Shown: positions 26,405 through 39,649 of the stretch, one piece after another | Layout: each line of letters begins with the position of its first letter | Position numbering within the stretch: position 1 is the stretch's first letter | From: Eledone cirrhosa | Taxonomy: Eukaryota | Direction of reading: 5' to 3' | DNA length: 64,000 bases | NCBI GenBank assembly: GCA_964016885.1 | Contig: OZ024743.1 | Location: forward strand, 157,232,001-157,296,000 | Notes under the pieces: generated by a model | What the model saw: the letters and a program-made list of their open reading frames with translations, nothing else | Told to the model about the DNA's origin: nothing | Databases searched by the model: none | Position numbers and translations under genes: made by a program

Positions 26405-26645
26405 AGACAGCGTGAAAAATAGCAATCCAGAGAGAGAGATAGATAGAGAGAGAGAGAAAGAAGAATGAGAGAGACAGAGACAGCGTGAAAAATAGCAATC
26501 CAGAGAGAGAGATAGAAAAAGAGAAAGAAAGAAGGAGAGAGACAGAGACAGCGTGAAAAATAGCAATCCAGAGAGGGAGAGAGAGAAAGAAAGAAGGAAA
26601 GAGAGCGATAGGAGAGAGACAGAGACAGCGTGAAAAATAGCAACA
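26405..26645. repeat. Four tandem ~70-75 bp units (gagacagcgtgaaaaatagcaatcc + GA-rich spacer)
   Basis: Motif recurs at ~26405, 26478, 26546 and 26623. Confidence 0.75.
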
Positions 26646-27312
26646 TGGACTTGAGACGGTCAAAGACAACTATAAATATTAATAATGAATATCGTTCTAA
26701 AACAATATTTCGCGATTAAAACACCAAAACAAAGTGAAAACAAATGATATCAACATGAAATATAAAAGGAGACAAAATAGATTAAAATAAGTTTAAAATA
26801 AATTAAATTAATGAAACCCAAATAAGTTAAAGATCGCGAAAGATTTATGTAAGTTGATTTTAACTGTAGGCATCGGTTTGTTTACAAATATAAATAACGG
26901 ATACCGTATATTGTGAATCTTAATTTATTATAATATCAATATATCAAAAACAATAACAAATATATATGCTCACTGAGTTAAAAATAAAAATAAGATTATA
27001 TTAATTTAAATTAAATTACGTTACTTTAAATAAAATTAAATTAAATTACGTTACTTAACTAGGTTTCTTTATTCTCTATAACAGACAAATAAAGCACATG
27101 TGTGTCTCTCCATTTTAGAAGAATATATGAAACAGCGAAAATAAACCCGTTTAAAACGCTAAGATACGTAAAATAAGCGAGTCAAAATACAGATACTTTT
27201 ACAGTTTTTTTGTTAATTTTAGGAAGTTAGCACAATAAATCTTCCCGATTCCTGTCGATTTAAATTTCAAATCTCGCGGTCAGGAAAATACGACCAAACA
27301 ACAAGGTGCAAG

Positions 27313-27388
<76 letters not shown>

Positions 27389-28800
27389 TCCATATATATA
27401 ACGGCGCAATAAATGAGGTGTAAACACGTTTCATTCTTCATCTATACTCAGAAAATTACAAACGATTAACTTTATGCATTTAGGTGATTTCTGTTTCCTC
27501 AAGGAAAGATAACTTCGCAAACGAGTATAATGTATGTTATGTTCTAGCATAAATATTTGAAATTAAATTAATTTGCTAATCGTATGTACTTCATGCAAAT
27601 TTACCTGACCATTTCAGCTACTTTCTATATCTATTGTTGACACACATATCTTCTTTTGGGCGAAGGATTCTAATCAGAAATTGTTGCCATACTGCATTAT
27701 ATATACTAGCAGAATAGCCCGGCGTTCCTCGAGATTCTAAGCATAGATTGGCATGTTTATCCCTCCTTTCTGAAACAGTACAGAGAAGTACGGAATACCT
27801 CGGCATGGGGATGGTGTCTACATTTTGTGCTTATAAAAAGAATTCCTCGTAGATTACCAGGGGTTTAACTTAATTGGGTGTCTGAGAGTAAAATGTTCAA
27901 CCAACGAAAGCCAAGACGATAGGGTTAAGTAAAAAGGCATTCAAGAAACCGAACATGTATTAGTTGTGCTATGGTACAATGAAAGCAATAGTTACAGAGC
28001 AGTAAGCATGTCGGACTGCAGGGGTGGAGAGAATGAAGGAATTTAGTTGGATACTTTTATGGTTACAGGCCCTAACGCAACCTAATGCAACCAATGCTAA
28101 ACAATGCGGTCCCCGGGCAAAAATTTGAAATCTTTTTCAGTCAAGAAAGTTTGTGAAACATAAGTAAGTGGGAATTAGGAAAAAGTATGACTCCCGACGG
28201 CATATATATATAACCAAAGATTAATATGGTTCATTGAGTACTCAATTAATAAAGTTTTACAATAGATTAAAAGCACTCAACGGTAAAAATTTCCTGGAGT
28301 TTTTAATATTATTCAAAATAGTAACAAATGAAGATATTCACATAATCAAAATATATGCTTTATTGTATATATTTCGAAGGTACTGTGTTGTGTTTTCAGT
28401 ACGTCCTCGTCAGATAAAATATATGATTTGATATATGACATACCTCTACGGTCTTGATATTTCAATTCCAGTATTGGCAGTGATTTATTTCATCAAATCT
28501 CAACATTTATATAACACAAATAATAATTTAATAAACATAAAGAAGAAAAGGACGTGGAGCGCATTAGAGATATAAGAGAGGGTTTAAAGAGGAGGAAGGC
28601 AAGAAAATAGAAAGAAAGAAAGGAAAAAAAGAAAGAAAAAAAAATAAATACATACATAAATATTGAAATGAATAAAAATAAATAAAAGGATGGATGACTA
28701 GATGAAGAAGAAAGAAGAAATAACGACAAAAGAGAGGGAACATAAAATATATGTTTGGATAGATAGAAAAAACAGTTGTTTTCAAATATTAGGACAATTG

Positions 28801-31138
28801 AGGCAACCAATCAATTACCATAAACCATTGAATATCTCTTGTGTTTGATTATGGTTAAGCTAATTATACTTATATATTATATCAAAATGAGTCAATATAC
28901 ATTACTTTTTATAGCCGTCACATAACTGGTTTAATTAAAAATTTATATAATTTAATTTAACTCATTATAGATTATAATTTTTGGTTTAGGTAATATATTC
29001 CTTAAGAATGTTGTTACAACTTTTAAAAATGTTTATCTTTAAAACAAATTTAAATAATTATTACACATGCATTTAAAATATATATTAAAATACATGCATA
29101 TATCACCATCAATAGATATGATATATTAAGATCATTTTTAGCCGAATTATTTTATTCAAATAGGATGTTTACTTTATAAAATCATTTCTATTCTTTAATT
29201 ATCATATAATTACAGGATTAAATTGCTGTTATATTTACTCTCAAAAGTTTTATTTCGTTAATTTATATTTACTTCTGTAATTACATATTATTATAGTTTC
29301 CTTAAACAAAACGAAGATAAATCATTCACCATATGTGAACATTTAACTACTCTGAAATCTAGTGATAATTCTAAACCTTAAATCAACAATTGTCAAGTTA
29401 AATATTGAACTGTCCTAATCAAAACATAGGATACAGAGACTCTTAATGAAATTATTCTAATAGATAAAACATCAATAAATGATTACCCCAGTATGGCATA
29501 ACATTAAATATATATTAAATACATCTTTAGCTATTAAAACACTTTTAGCACACTTGTTCTTTAAAGCCTTGGACAAATGCTTCCCTAGATCACATAAATA
29601 TTACTCTATATTCAATAGACACACAATTAAACTCTCTTATTCGACAACTATGAATATTGCTCAAAATCTACCAAAAATAAATAGTAAAAATCTTAATTTG
29701 AACCAGCATATAATTAACGATAATAACAATAATAATAATAATACACTAGTTTATGAGAATAACAATAATAATAGTTTAAATATGGATAATAGTAGAACAC
29801 CTTTAAATAATAATAATAATATGAATAGTTTAGGGTATATAAATAACATCGAGAAGAAATGTAACTGTAGAAATAAGTCAGAATGTCCCTTACAAAATAA
29901 CTGCCTTGACAAGAATCTAGTATATAAATGTACCTTTAATACAAATAATAATATATACAACTACATTGGTGCCACTTCATCTAAATTTAAGGTTCGTTGG
30001 TACAGTCATAAAATTCTTTTTCTAAACAAGATAAAAAATATTCAACCTCCGTCTCACAATTAATATGGTCTTTGAAGGACAAGAATATTAAATACTCCGT
30101 CTCTTGGACTCGGTTAAAAAATGCCAATTCCTATCAGAACTCTTCCATTTCGCTAAATTTCAATCTTTGCTATCTTGAGACTCTATTGATAATTACAAAT
30201 TATGACAATTTAATTAACAAGAAAAATGAATTATTTAGCAGCTGCCAACATAAATTCGGTAAAAACATTCCAGGCATTGTACAAGTTTCGAAAAAATATT
30301 GACAATTAATAATAATTTTAAAAAATATATATTGAATTTTTTGCCATACTAGGGTAATAATTTATTGATGTTTTATCTATTAGAATAATTTCATCAAGAG
30401 TGTCTGTATCCTATGTTTTGATTAGGACAGTTCAATATTTAACTTCACAATTGTTGATTTATGTTTTAGAATTATCACTAGATTTCAGAGTAGTTAAATG
30501 TTCACATATGGTGAATGAGTTATCTTCCTTTTGTTTACATTCTTCATAAATATTTTAATTCTGTTTGATTAGCATACTAAATTATTTTTGATATGAATTA
30601 TGTAGTTTAATAATATAAGAATATCTTTAAAAGGAAACTTTAATAATATGTAATTACAGGAGTAAATATAAATTATCGAAATAAAACTTTTGAGAGTAAA
30701 TATAAAAGCAATTTAATCCTGTAATTATATGATAATTAAAGGATAGAAATGATTTTATAAAGTAAATATCATATTTAAATAAAATAATTCGGCTAAAAAA
30801 TGATCTTAATATATTATATATATTGATGGTGATATATTGATGGTGATATATGCATATATTTTAATATATATTTTAAATGCATGTTTAATAATTATTTAAA
30901 TTTGTTTTAAAGATAACATTCTTTTAAAAATTGAAACAAAATTCTTAAGGAATATATTACTTAAATCAAAAGTTATAATCTATAATGAGTTAAATTAAAT
31001 TATATAAATTTTTAATTAAACCAATTATGTGACGGCTATAAAAAGTAATGTATATAGACTAATTTTGATATCATATATAAGTATAATTAGTTTAATCATA
31101 ATCAAACACAAGAGATATTCAATGGTTTATGGTTGCCT
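28801..31138 (+). mobile_element. 5'-truncated PLE with its 3' UTR duplicated in inverted orientation at the 5' end
   Basis: 28801-29498 is the reverse complement of 30342-31138, enclosing a GIY-YIG remnant. Confidence 0.8.
29500..30302 (+). pseudogene. PLE linker + GIY-YIG remnant with Asn-rich insert
   Basis: IFNRHTIKLSYSTTMN, poly-Asn, KCNCRNKSECPLQNNCLDKNLVYKC...YIGAT..FKVRW..H; frameshifted. Confidence 0.85.
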
Positions 31139-31299
31139 AAATGTATTCGTCGGTGAATAATAATGATGTTATAATAATATTATTAATATTCGTTTCTGTT
31201 ACAAGCAAAGTGCCTCAAAACACCATTAAGTCTGTTGTCATGTGACAGCAGCTTGAATATGGAGAGTATAATCACCATCGCTACCAGCACCACCAATAT

Positions 31300-33490
31300 G
31301 GATAATGTAACTACTAACAACACAAAAGACAACACCAACAACGATTAAAACAACAAGAACAAGAAAATAAGTGGAAGCCAGAATGACACCAACACCAGCT
31401 GCGAATACGACAACAACAACAACAACACCAACAACAAAAAACTTGAAGGAGACTGAAAATAACAGACAACAAAACCAACGAGAGCCAACAATGTGATTAA
31501 CAACAACACTATGAACAAAGAGACAAACTCTTTCGCTGCTGCAGCCAAAAGAAATACCAAGCTTTAGGATTCACCTTAGTGAAAAAAAACAAAATGTTGG
31601 CCCAGGCATGGAAGCTTATTATAGAAGCGCAAACCTTGGCTAACTTAATGGTCACGGCAGAGGCCAGAGAGGCTGTAGAAAAGAGAACGGTGATATTTAG
31701 ATGCATTTCAGTGCAGACTCACAAAGCGGCAATCAATCCGCAAACTGAGTTGAAGCTGCATTGAAATGCACCAGAAATAACACCGAGTACATAGCCAGGG
31801 GCTGAAAATACGGCACCATCTCAGTGCTGTTTCATTCAGAGACCCTCGATGTGAAAAAATCGGTAATCCCTTGCAAAACCAGCAAAGTCATTACGTACCC
31901 TACCCACCAAGGATGCGTGATTATTGGATAGGAATGATGCCGTCCCGATAAAAGCAACACGAACAGCCAGGAGGGACTAGTCTTGGGTTTATTTGGAGTT
32001 AATAATCAAAATAAGACCAGAACACGTAAAATAATATCCGGATCACGTCTGTCTCCAAAACGGGACAATTAGTGACTGAAAGTAGAAGGCCGCACTATTT
32101 TGCCTGCGGCGAAACAACGCACTTGCGAACCTTCTGCATTCAGCTAAAAAATGCAAAGGTTCCCATCTTTCACCGCTGTCGACTATGGGCGGAGACCCCA
32201 ACACCAGCACGGGCAACATGACAAGCAGCAACACTCGTGGAAACGCCACCACCAGCAACGACCACCTAGTGTGAAGTCAAGGAAAGCTCTCCGATGCACC
32301 TGCTTACCAGAAGGTACACATTGACACAAACACAAAGACTTCAACAACAACACCACGACCTGCACAATCTCCCAAACGTAAACAAACACAACAGACACAA
32401 GCAGCAAAGAACACACAAAGTGAAATTGCAGAAACCAGACACAAAACAAACACAGACACATCCAAATCTACACCAACAACAAGACACACAAAAACGTGCT
32501 TATAAGAAGGGCCAATGCGAAATTGATGGCCCTCGAAGACAAGAAATCGAGAAAGAGGGGAGATATTGGATCGAGCACGTTTCGTATGCCAGAAGATTTG
32601 TTTCTGGTACGAATGTTGTTCGACGCCTACAAAGGGATTAGGGAGAGCTTTCATCGGGTCATAGGAAAACCAAATGTAATACTAACAAGGAGACTGCTTA
32701 AGGGGTTCCTAAAAGAATCTCCTCCAAATATGGAGTTGGAAACACCCGAACCCACAAGCCCCTGGAAAGTAATTAGACCTTTCCTTTCTTATTTTAACCG
32801 GCCAACATGGCCATCTTAAGAGTGGGATGTTTGAATGTTCGTGGCCTGGATTGTCCTGGAAGCAAATTCGCCTGCTTAACGACCTCAGGTCACTAAAAAT
32901 GGATGTGACTACCATCAGTGAGTCCAGGATTTCCAGCACTTGCTCCAATATTCGACGACTATCAAATCTTCACATTTCTTTGTCGATCAGGAATGGGTGG
33001 TGATGTGGCAATGCTATTAAGGAAAGGCTTGGATCTCGAGGTAAGATCGATACTCCTGGGGCCGGACTGTAAGTTGGTGGTCCTAGACGTGAGCAATAGC
33101 CACCCTTCGTCCAATCCCTCAGCAACTTTTTCAAAATTTCACCTGGAAAGGAAGGTAAGGGTGGAGAGAGATGTGCTGCCTCGCAGTACATATGCTGAAA
33201 GGTGGGTGAACTTGGCGAGAATGGCCCGTGTGAGTGGGCCTATTCTGATCATGCGCCTGTAGGCTGGTGAATTTGAGGTGGAGAGAGGTGCCCTTCCCGG
33301 GTGACCTTGAAGCGTTGGCTGGTTCAGGATTGGTGTAGTACTGGAATCAACCATGGGTGGTTATCCCCCTATTGGGGAATTCTCGTATTTTTCTTGTTAT
33401 TTTTACACGTTTTATATGCAAACCCCCACTGTCCCTGTCAAGTGTATCGTCCCCTATATGTCGGCCCTTGTGGCCAATAAATGAAACCAT
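31300..33490 (+). mobile_element. Internally deleted L1/Tx1-like LINE remnant
   Basis: Degenerate zinc knuckle RPHYFACGETTHLRTFC (32087-32137); APE start MAILRVGCLNVRGL at 32807; no RT visible; AATAAA near 33476. Boundaries are approximate. Confidence 0.55.
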
Positions 33491-33501
33491 TATTATGGTG
33501 T

Positions 33502-33544
<43 letters not shown>

Positions 33545-35412
33545 CAGTAGTAGGAGTACCATGATTGATGTAATATTCACAACATTCACAAATTTTATGT
33601 TCTGGTTATTACATTCACATCGTTTGAAATTTACTATTTGAAGAATTAGATGATGTTTATAATAACCATCATGTATACATAATTATATACATATATTTAT
33701 GTCTGTGGGGGGGGGGGGCTCGCGCGTGCGTGTGTATATGTGTGTGTAAAACCACTCAGCCTTTGCACCTCTAAATATAACCAAAACTTGTTGAGCTTGA
33801 TCCTTTGAATGATAGAAAAATCAATATTTATATGAAAACATTCAAATTTACAAACAGAATATTTTAGTTTTACCGTGTATATTTTTTCACCCGAATGTTT
33901 TATTTATTTATTTATTTTTTTTACCTGGAAAGTTCAGAATTCTCTATGTTACCATTAAACATTGATGTAGAGATAATTATAGAGGAATTAAAATCTCACT
34001 AAATCATATGATAGGATATTATATGCTTTACATACTACGTAGCTTTTTTACAATCTTAGACATCGTCGACTTCATCATCAAAAACAACCGTATTCTTTTC
34101 CGTCCACCAACTTTTTAATCATCTCATAGAAAAATCATTTTAACTATGTAAAACATACAAGTGCTTTTATATACATTTTTCATTAGTTCGCCACACAAAT
34201 ACAGCCACACTGCACTTGTTTGAAACCTAGACCCGACACATTTTTATTAGCATTATGTTTTTCTTTCTTCAAAAATATGTCTAGAAAATAAGTTTCGAAC
34301 AGTTGCAGGAGGCGGGGCATTAGTCAGAGATCAGATCACACAGGTGCGACACCAATTTGATACCACACAAAAAATGAAATATGAACATAACGGTTTTTAT
34401 ATTTATTTTTAATAGCTACCATAGCTCTTCTACCATGTATTTGTCTAGATTTCTAAACGCTCTCTCAGATCTAATCACTTGAAAAAAGAAGTACATTATC
34501 ATTCTTATTTAAACATATATACAGAGAAAGCCGCTTAATGTGATAACAATAATCGTGATGATAGCAGTTTCCTGTTTATATACCATTGCTTCAGACATCA
34601 CACGTTTTAACAACCTAAACACACGCCAAATTGCAAATGCCGAACCCATGCCCATTCTCTTCTTGGTGGTTCCTACCAGACGATTTCCAGACGATCACAT
34701 GAGTTCAAGTGTGGATTTACCCATAAAGGAAGGGTGTGAAATCTACCAGCCTGTCCCGTTTTATATGGATGATTCGTGGTGAAGGATGCGACGTCTCCAA
34801 CATCAGTTGGAGTATTCTGGACAGCGCACACGCATACCTCTAAGCGAGCCGCAAGTCAAAAATGTTTCCGCGAGAAGTTGTATATACTGCAAAAACTGGG
34901 ATAAGTATCAACAGGAAAACAAATCTGAAGTGTTGCTGCCATCGGATAAGCGCCCGTGTAGCCAAATTCAAACTACTGACAATGTTCATCCCACAAAAAC
35001 CACTTTAATTCCAAAAGACTAGTGTGTAGGCATGAGGTAGAAAGCTCGGTCAATCACGCACACTATGAAAATATACACATCAGACCCACCAAAAGTCACC
35101 ATATTCATTAATTCAGATTTCAGCCTGCCACAAACACCGGATACTCAAAAAACCTACAACATTCATTGAGAGGCTACGTGATGTTGCTGGATTCTACTAA
35201 GATTAATATCACCATAATGCAAGCCCTTTTCAGCATGAGCTCAAACTCTATTCTCCCTCTTGTTTTACTTGTCTCAATGCAAATACTTTTGTCATGAATT
35301 CGGTGGCAGTGTTGAGTTAAGTCAAACTGTTATTAAATATACACAACTTCCACATTATGCATTGATTGATCTCTACTTTCGTTTATACACACACACACAC
35401 ACACATGCACAT

Positions 35413-35495
<83 letters not shown>

Positions 35496-35502
35496 AATAT
35501 AT

Positions 35503-35945
35503 ATATGTATGCGTACATACATATATGTATACAGACGTACAGTAGTATGTATATATATACATACATGCACACATATATATATGTACGTATGGGTTTATCG
35601 AACATTTATTATAACGCTCGGTTTGTTTGAAAACAAACAAACAGCCCGGATTAAGCCGTACAGTGTTTAGCAACCATCGTTGCCCTTTTGTTCAACACTG
35701 ACAAAGGAACGATGTACTAGTTTCAAGCTTATTAGCTATCGTCAGCATCGCATACGTTCCTGCCAGATGATTGGACGTCTGAAAGTATATACTTTCCTTA
35801 TGCTTATTAACGGCTGAGCAGCCTAATTTGTATATCGAGTGAGTTAGTCGGCCGGGCGAACCGAAAATGATAAACGGAAAAAATGAAACGAAATTTAATT
35901 TCTCACTCTTAGTACGGCTGTTACTTAAATATAAGTATGTATACC

Positions 35946-36025
<80 letters not shown>

Positions 36026-36330
36026 CGTACAGTTGTATGTATATATACACATACATGCACATATATATATATATATATATGCAACGATGGTTGCTAAACA
36101 CTGTACGGCTTAATCCGAGCTGTTTGTTTGTTTACAAACAAACCGAGCATTATAATAAATCTTCGATAAACCCATACGTACATATATATATATATATGTA
36201 TGCATTCATGTATACATATACATACTACTGTACGTCTGTATACATATATGTATGTACGTATACATACTTATATTTAAGTAACAGCCGTACTAAGAGTGAG
36301 AAATGAAATTTCGTTTATTTTTTCCATTTA
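35503..36330. mobile_element. Second, diverged family F insertion; arms ~35503-36079 (minus) and 36081-36330 (plus)
   Basis: Homologous to 21358-22308 throughout; same outward-facing 3' ends. Confidence 0.85.
35709..35751 (-). ncRNA. Intact minimal hammerhead, family F
   Basis: Minus strand GCGATG-CTGACGA-T-AGCT aata AGCT-T-GAAA-CTAG-TA-CATCGT. Confidence 0.82.
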
Positions 36331-36576
36331 TATATATATATATACGGGATAACAAATTATTGTTATAGGTAGTCCACTTAGATGTAGTCCAGTTAGGGTA
36401 CTTCGAGTAGTGGATGGTATCAACGCTTGGCTAAGTTTGACCCAACAAAGCGTTTCCATAGTGATGCTGCGAGTACGCGGTGATTTCTACATAGTTTACA
36501 CTTGGAGTTATGATAAATCAAGAAAGGAGATTGACACGGTTTGCTATACAATAAGGGCTTTAATTGCTTCTCGCAA

Positions 36577-36682
36577 GCTCTGATGAATTGACTGGTCATA
36601 ACTATGTATTGGTGATCGATTGACGCAGAAACAAACGGGTAGCGATCTTTAGATCTATCAGTTCAGAGAAACAATTGTCAGC
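36577..36682 (+). ncRNA. Hammerhead with extended helix II, family G, within inverted repeats 36513-36562/36691-36739
   Basis: GCT-CTGATGA-(~80 nt)-GAAA-CAATTG-TC-AGC; palindromic helix III. Confidence 0.6.
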
Positions 36683-36754
36683 AATGTGACTAAAGCCCTT
36701 ATTGTATAGCAAACCAGGTCACTCTTTTTCTTGATTTATATATATATATATATA

Positions 36755-39232
36755 TAATACATTTAGAAACACACAGATACATGCGGACACACACATATAT
36801 ACATGAATGCATCCGCACCCAACTGTGAGTTAAGGGTGCCAACTTCACCGATGTTGCTCAATGAATGACTGGGACAGACCAATTCAGTTTGAACCAGACT
36901 GAACCAGTATCAGAGTTAAAAATACATTATGAAGAGAGAAGAAACATTTAGATATAATTAGTAATAAAATGTATCATACCTAAACTGTTCCTAAATTCCT
37001 CGACTACGTAGTTTCGTGGCATAAACAAAAACAATATATCAAAGATATAGAGTCCTTGCGAGGTCTGCCGACTTATCAAGAGGATACCTCATTTTACTAG
37101 TCTCAAGAACGCGTCTACACGACGTGAGAAAGAATCCCAAAAGGCGGAGGGGGAGATAGTCACGCGATATAACGGTCGAGAAACAGAGCTAAGCCTCTTA
37201 TAACCACGAAAAAAATACCACGGAGGCGGAGGGGGTATTCATATCGAGGCCGTAGAAGAGGTAGTGAAGAAGGCGAGAAGTATGAGTAATGGAAGCTTTC
37301 CAGTTGTCCCCACACTTCAAAGATTGCTCGACCAGAGGGAGTTATTAATACATTTAGAAACACACAGATACATGCGGACACACACATATATACATGAATG
37401 CATCCGCACCCAACTGTGAGTTAAGGGTGCCAACTTCACCGATGTTGCTCAATGAATGACTGGGACAGACCAATTCAGTTTGAACCAGACTGAACCAGTA
37501 TCAGAGTTAAAAATACATTATGAAGAGAGAAGAAACATTTAGATATAATTAGTAATAAAATGTATCATACCTAAACTGTTCCTAAATTCCTCGACTACGT
37601 AGTTTCGTGGCATAAACAAAAACAATATATCAAAGATATAGAGTCCTTGCGAGGTCTGCCGACTTATCAAGAGGATACCTCATTTTACTAGTCTCAAGAA
37701 CGCGTCTACACGACGTGAGAAAGAATCCCAAAAGGCGGAGGGGGAGATAGTCACGCGATATAACGGTCGAGAAACAGAGCTAAGCCTCTTATAACCACGA
37801 AAAAAATACCACGGAGGCGGAGGGGGTATTCATATCGAGGCCGTAGAAGAGGTAGTGAAGAAGGCGAGAAGTATGAGTAATGGAAGCTTTCCAGTTGTCC
37901 CCACACTTCAAAGATTGCTCGACCAGAGGGAGTTATTAATACATTTAGAAACACACAGATACATGCGGACACACACATATATACATGAATGCATCCGCAC
38001 CCAACTGTGAGTTAAGGGTGCCAACTTCACCGATGTTGCTCAATGAATGACTGGGACAGACCAATTCAGTTTGAACCAGACTGAACCAGTATCAGAGTTA
38101 AAAATACATTATGAAGAGAGAAGAAACATTTAGATATAATTAGTAATAAAATGTATCATACCTAAACTGTTCCTAAATTCCTCGACTACGTAGTTTCGTG
38201 GCATAAACAAAAACAATATATCAAAGATATAGAGTCCTTGCGAGGTCTGCCGACTTATCAAGAGGATACCTCATTTTACTAGTCTCAAGAACGCGTCTAC
38301 ACGACGTGAGAAAGAATCCCAAAAGGCGGAGGGGGAGATAGTCACGCGATATAACGGTCGAGAAACAGAGCTAAGCCTCTTATAACCACGAAAAAAATAC
38401 CACGGAGGCGGAGGGGGTATTCATATCGAGGCCGTAGAAGAGGTAGTGAAGAAGGCGAGAAGTATGAGTAATGGAAGCTTTCCAGTTGTCCCCACACTTC
38501 AAAGATTGCTCGACCAGAGGGAGTTATTAATACATTTAGAAACACACAGATACATGCGGACACACACATATATACATGAATGCATCCGCACCCAACTGTG
38601 AGTTAAGGGTGCCAACTTCACCGATGTTGCTCAATGAATGACTGGGACAGACCAATTCAGTTTGAACCAGACTGAACCAGTATCAGAGTTAAAAATACAT
38701 TATGAAGAGAGAAGAAACATTTAGATATAATTAGTATAACTCACAGTTGGGTGCGGATGCATTCATGTATATATGTGTGTGTCCGCATGTATCTGTGTGT
38801 TTCTAAATGTATTAATAACTCCCTCTGGTCGAGCAATCTTTGAAGTGTGGGGACAACTGGAAAGCTTCCATTACTCATACTTCTCGCCTTCTTCACTACC
38901 TCTTCTATGGCCTCGATATGAATACCCCCTCCGCCTCCGTGGTATTTTTTTCGTGGTTATAAGAGGCTTAGCTCTGTTTCTCGACCGTTATATCGCGTGA
39001 CTATCTTCCCCTCCGCCTTTTGGGATTCTTTCTCACGTCGTGTAGACGCGTTCTTGAGACTAGTAAAATGAGGTATCCTCTTGATAAGTCGGCAGACCTC
39101 GCAAGGACTCTATATCTTTGATATATTGTTTTTGTTTATGCCACGAAACTACGTAGTCGAGGAATTTAGGAACAGTTTAGGTATGATACATTTTATTACT
39201 AATTATATCTAAATGTTTCTTCTCTCTTCATA

Positions 39233-39238
<6 letters not shown>
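36755..39238 (-). repeat. 591-bp tandem array (~3.35 units, 36755-38736) plus inverted ~500-bp arm (38737-39238); retrozyme-like family H
   Basis: Identical ORFs at 37160, 37751 and 38342 (period 591), mirror at 38773; (TA)n on both flanks; one HHR per unit. Confidence 0.92.
39076..39163 (+). ncRNA. Type I hammerhead, U3-A8 core, extended helix II (minus-strand copies at 36997-37084, 37588-37675, 38179-38266)
   Basis: TCCTC-TTGATAA-GTcGGCA...TGCCAC-GAAA-CTACGTAG-TC-GAGGA. Confidence 0.8.
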
Positions 39239-39291
<53 letters not shown>

Positions 39292-39319
39292 AATGTAATC
39301 TGAGTTTTTCGAATATTAA

Positions 39320-39503
39320 TAATTGTTTCTACTTTTGGCAGAATGCCAGCAATTATCCAGTACATTTCTGGTACTTTATTTTATCGACCCCATAAGGATG
39401 AGAGGCAAAGTTGACCTCGGCGGGATTTGAACTCAGAATGGAAAGGACCGTAACTCTATGCGTCAAAGCATGACGTCCGACCCTCTACCGATACTGCCAA
39501 TCC
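39320..39503 (-). mobile_element. tRNA-derived SINE inserted in family C element
   Basis: Full-length match to 47671-47847; interrupts sequence that is contiguous at ~13560. Confidence 0.85.
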
Positions 39504-39605
39504 ACATTCAATTCGTTTGCAATTATGCAAACAAGCCTCAATTTCATAGCCATGTCAGTAGAATGAACACTTCATTCTTGCTCTTGTGTTGGCATGCAAA
39601 CAGAC

Positions 39606-39649
39606 CTGCAGACACTAATGTTTCTTGGTATCACCCGTCATCAGTACAG
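39606..39649 (-). ncRNA. Minimal hammerhead, family C
   Basis: Minus strand CTGTA-CTGATGA-CGGGTgatACCAA-GAAA-CATTAGTG-TC-TGCAG. Confidence 0.72.

Noticed and set aside
26405-26645. Repeat-spacer pattern resembling a CRISPR array
   Set aside because: Spacers are related GA-rich tracts, the context is eukaryotic, and there are no cas genes.
37160-37387. 75-aa ORF repeated in the 591-bp unit
   Set aside because: No recognisable motif; its recurrence only reflects the DNA repeat.
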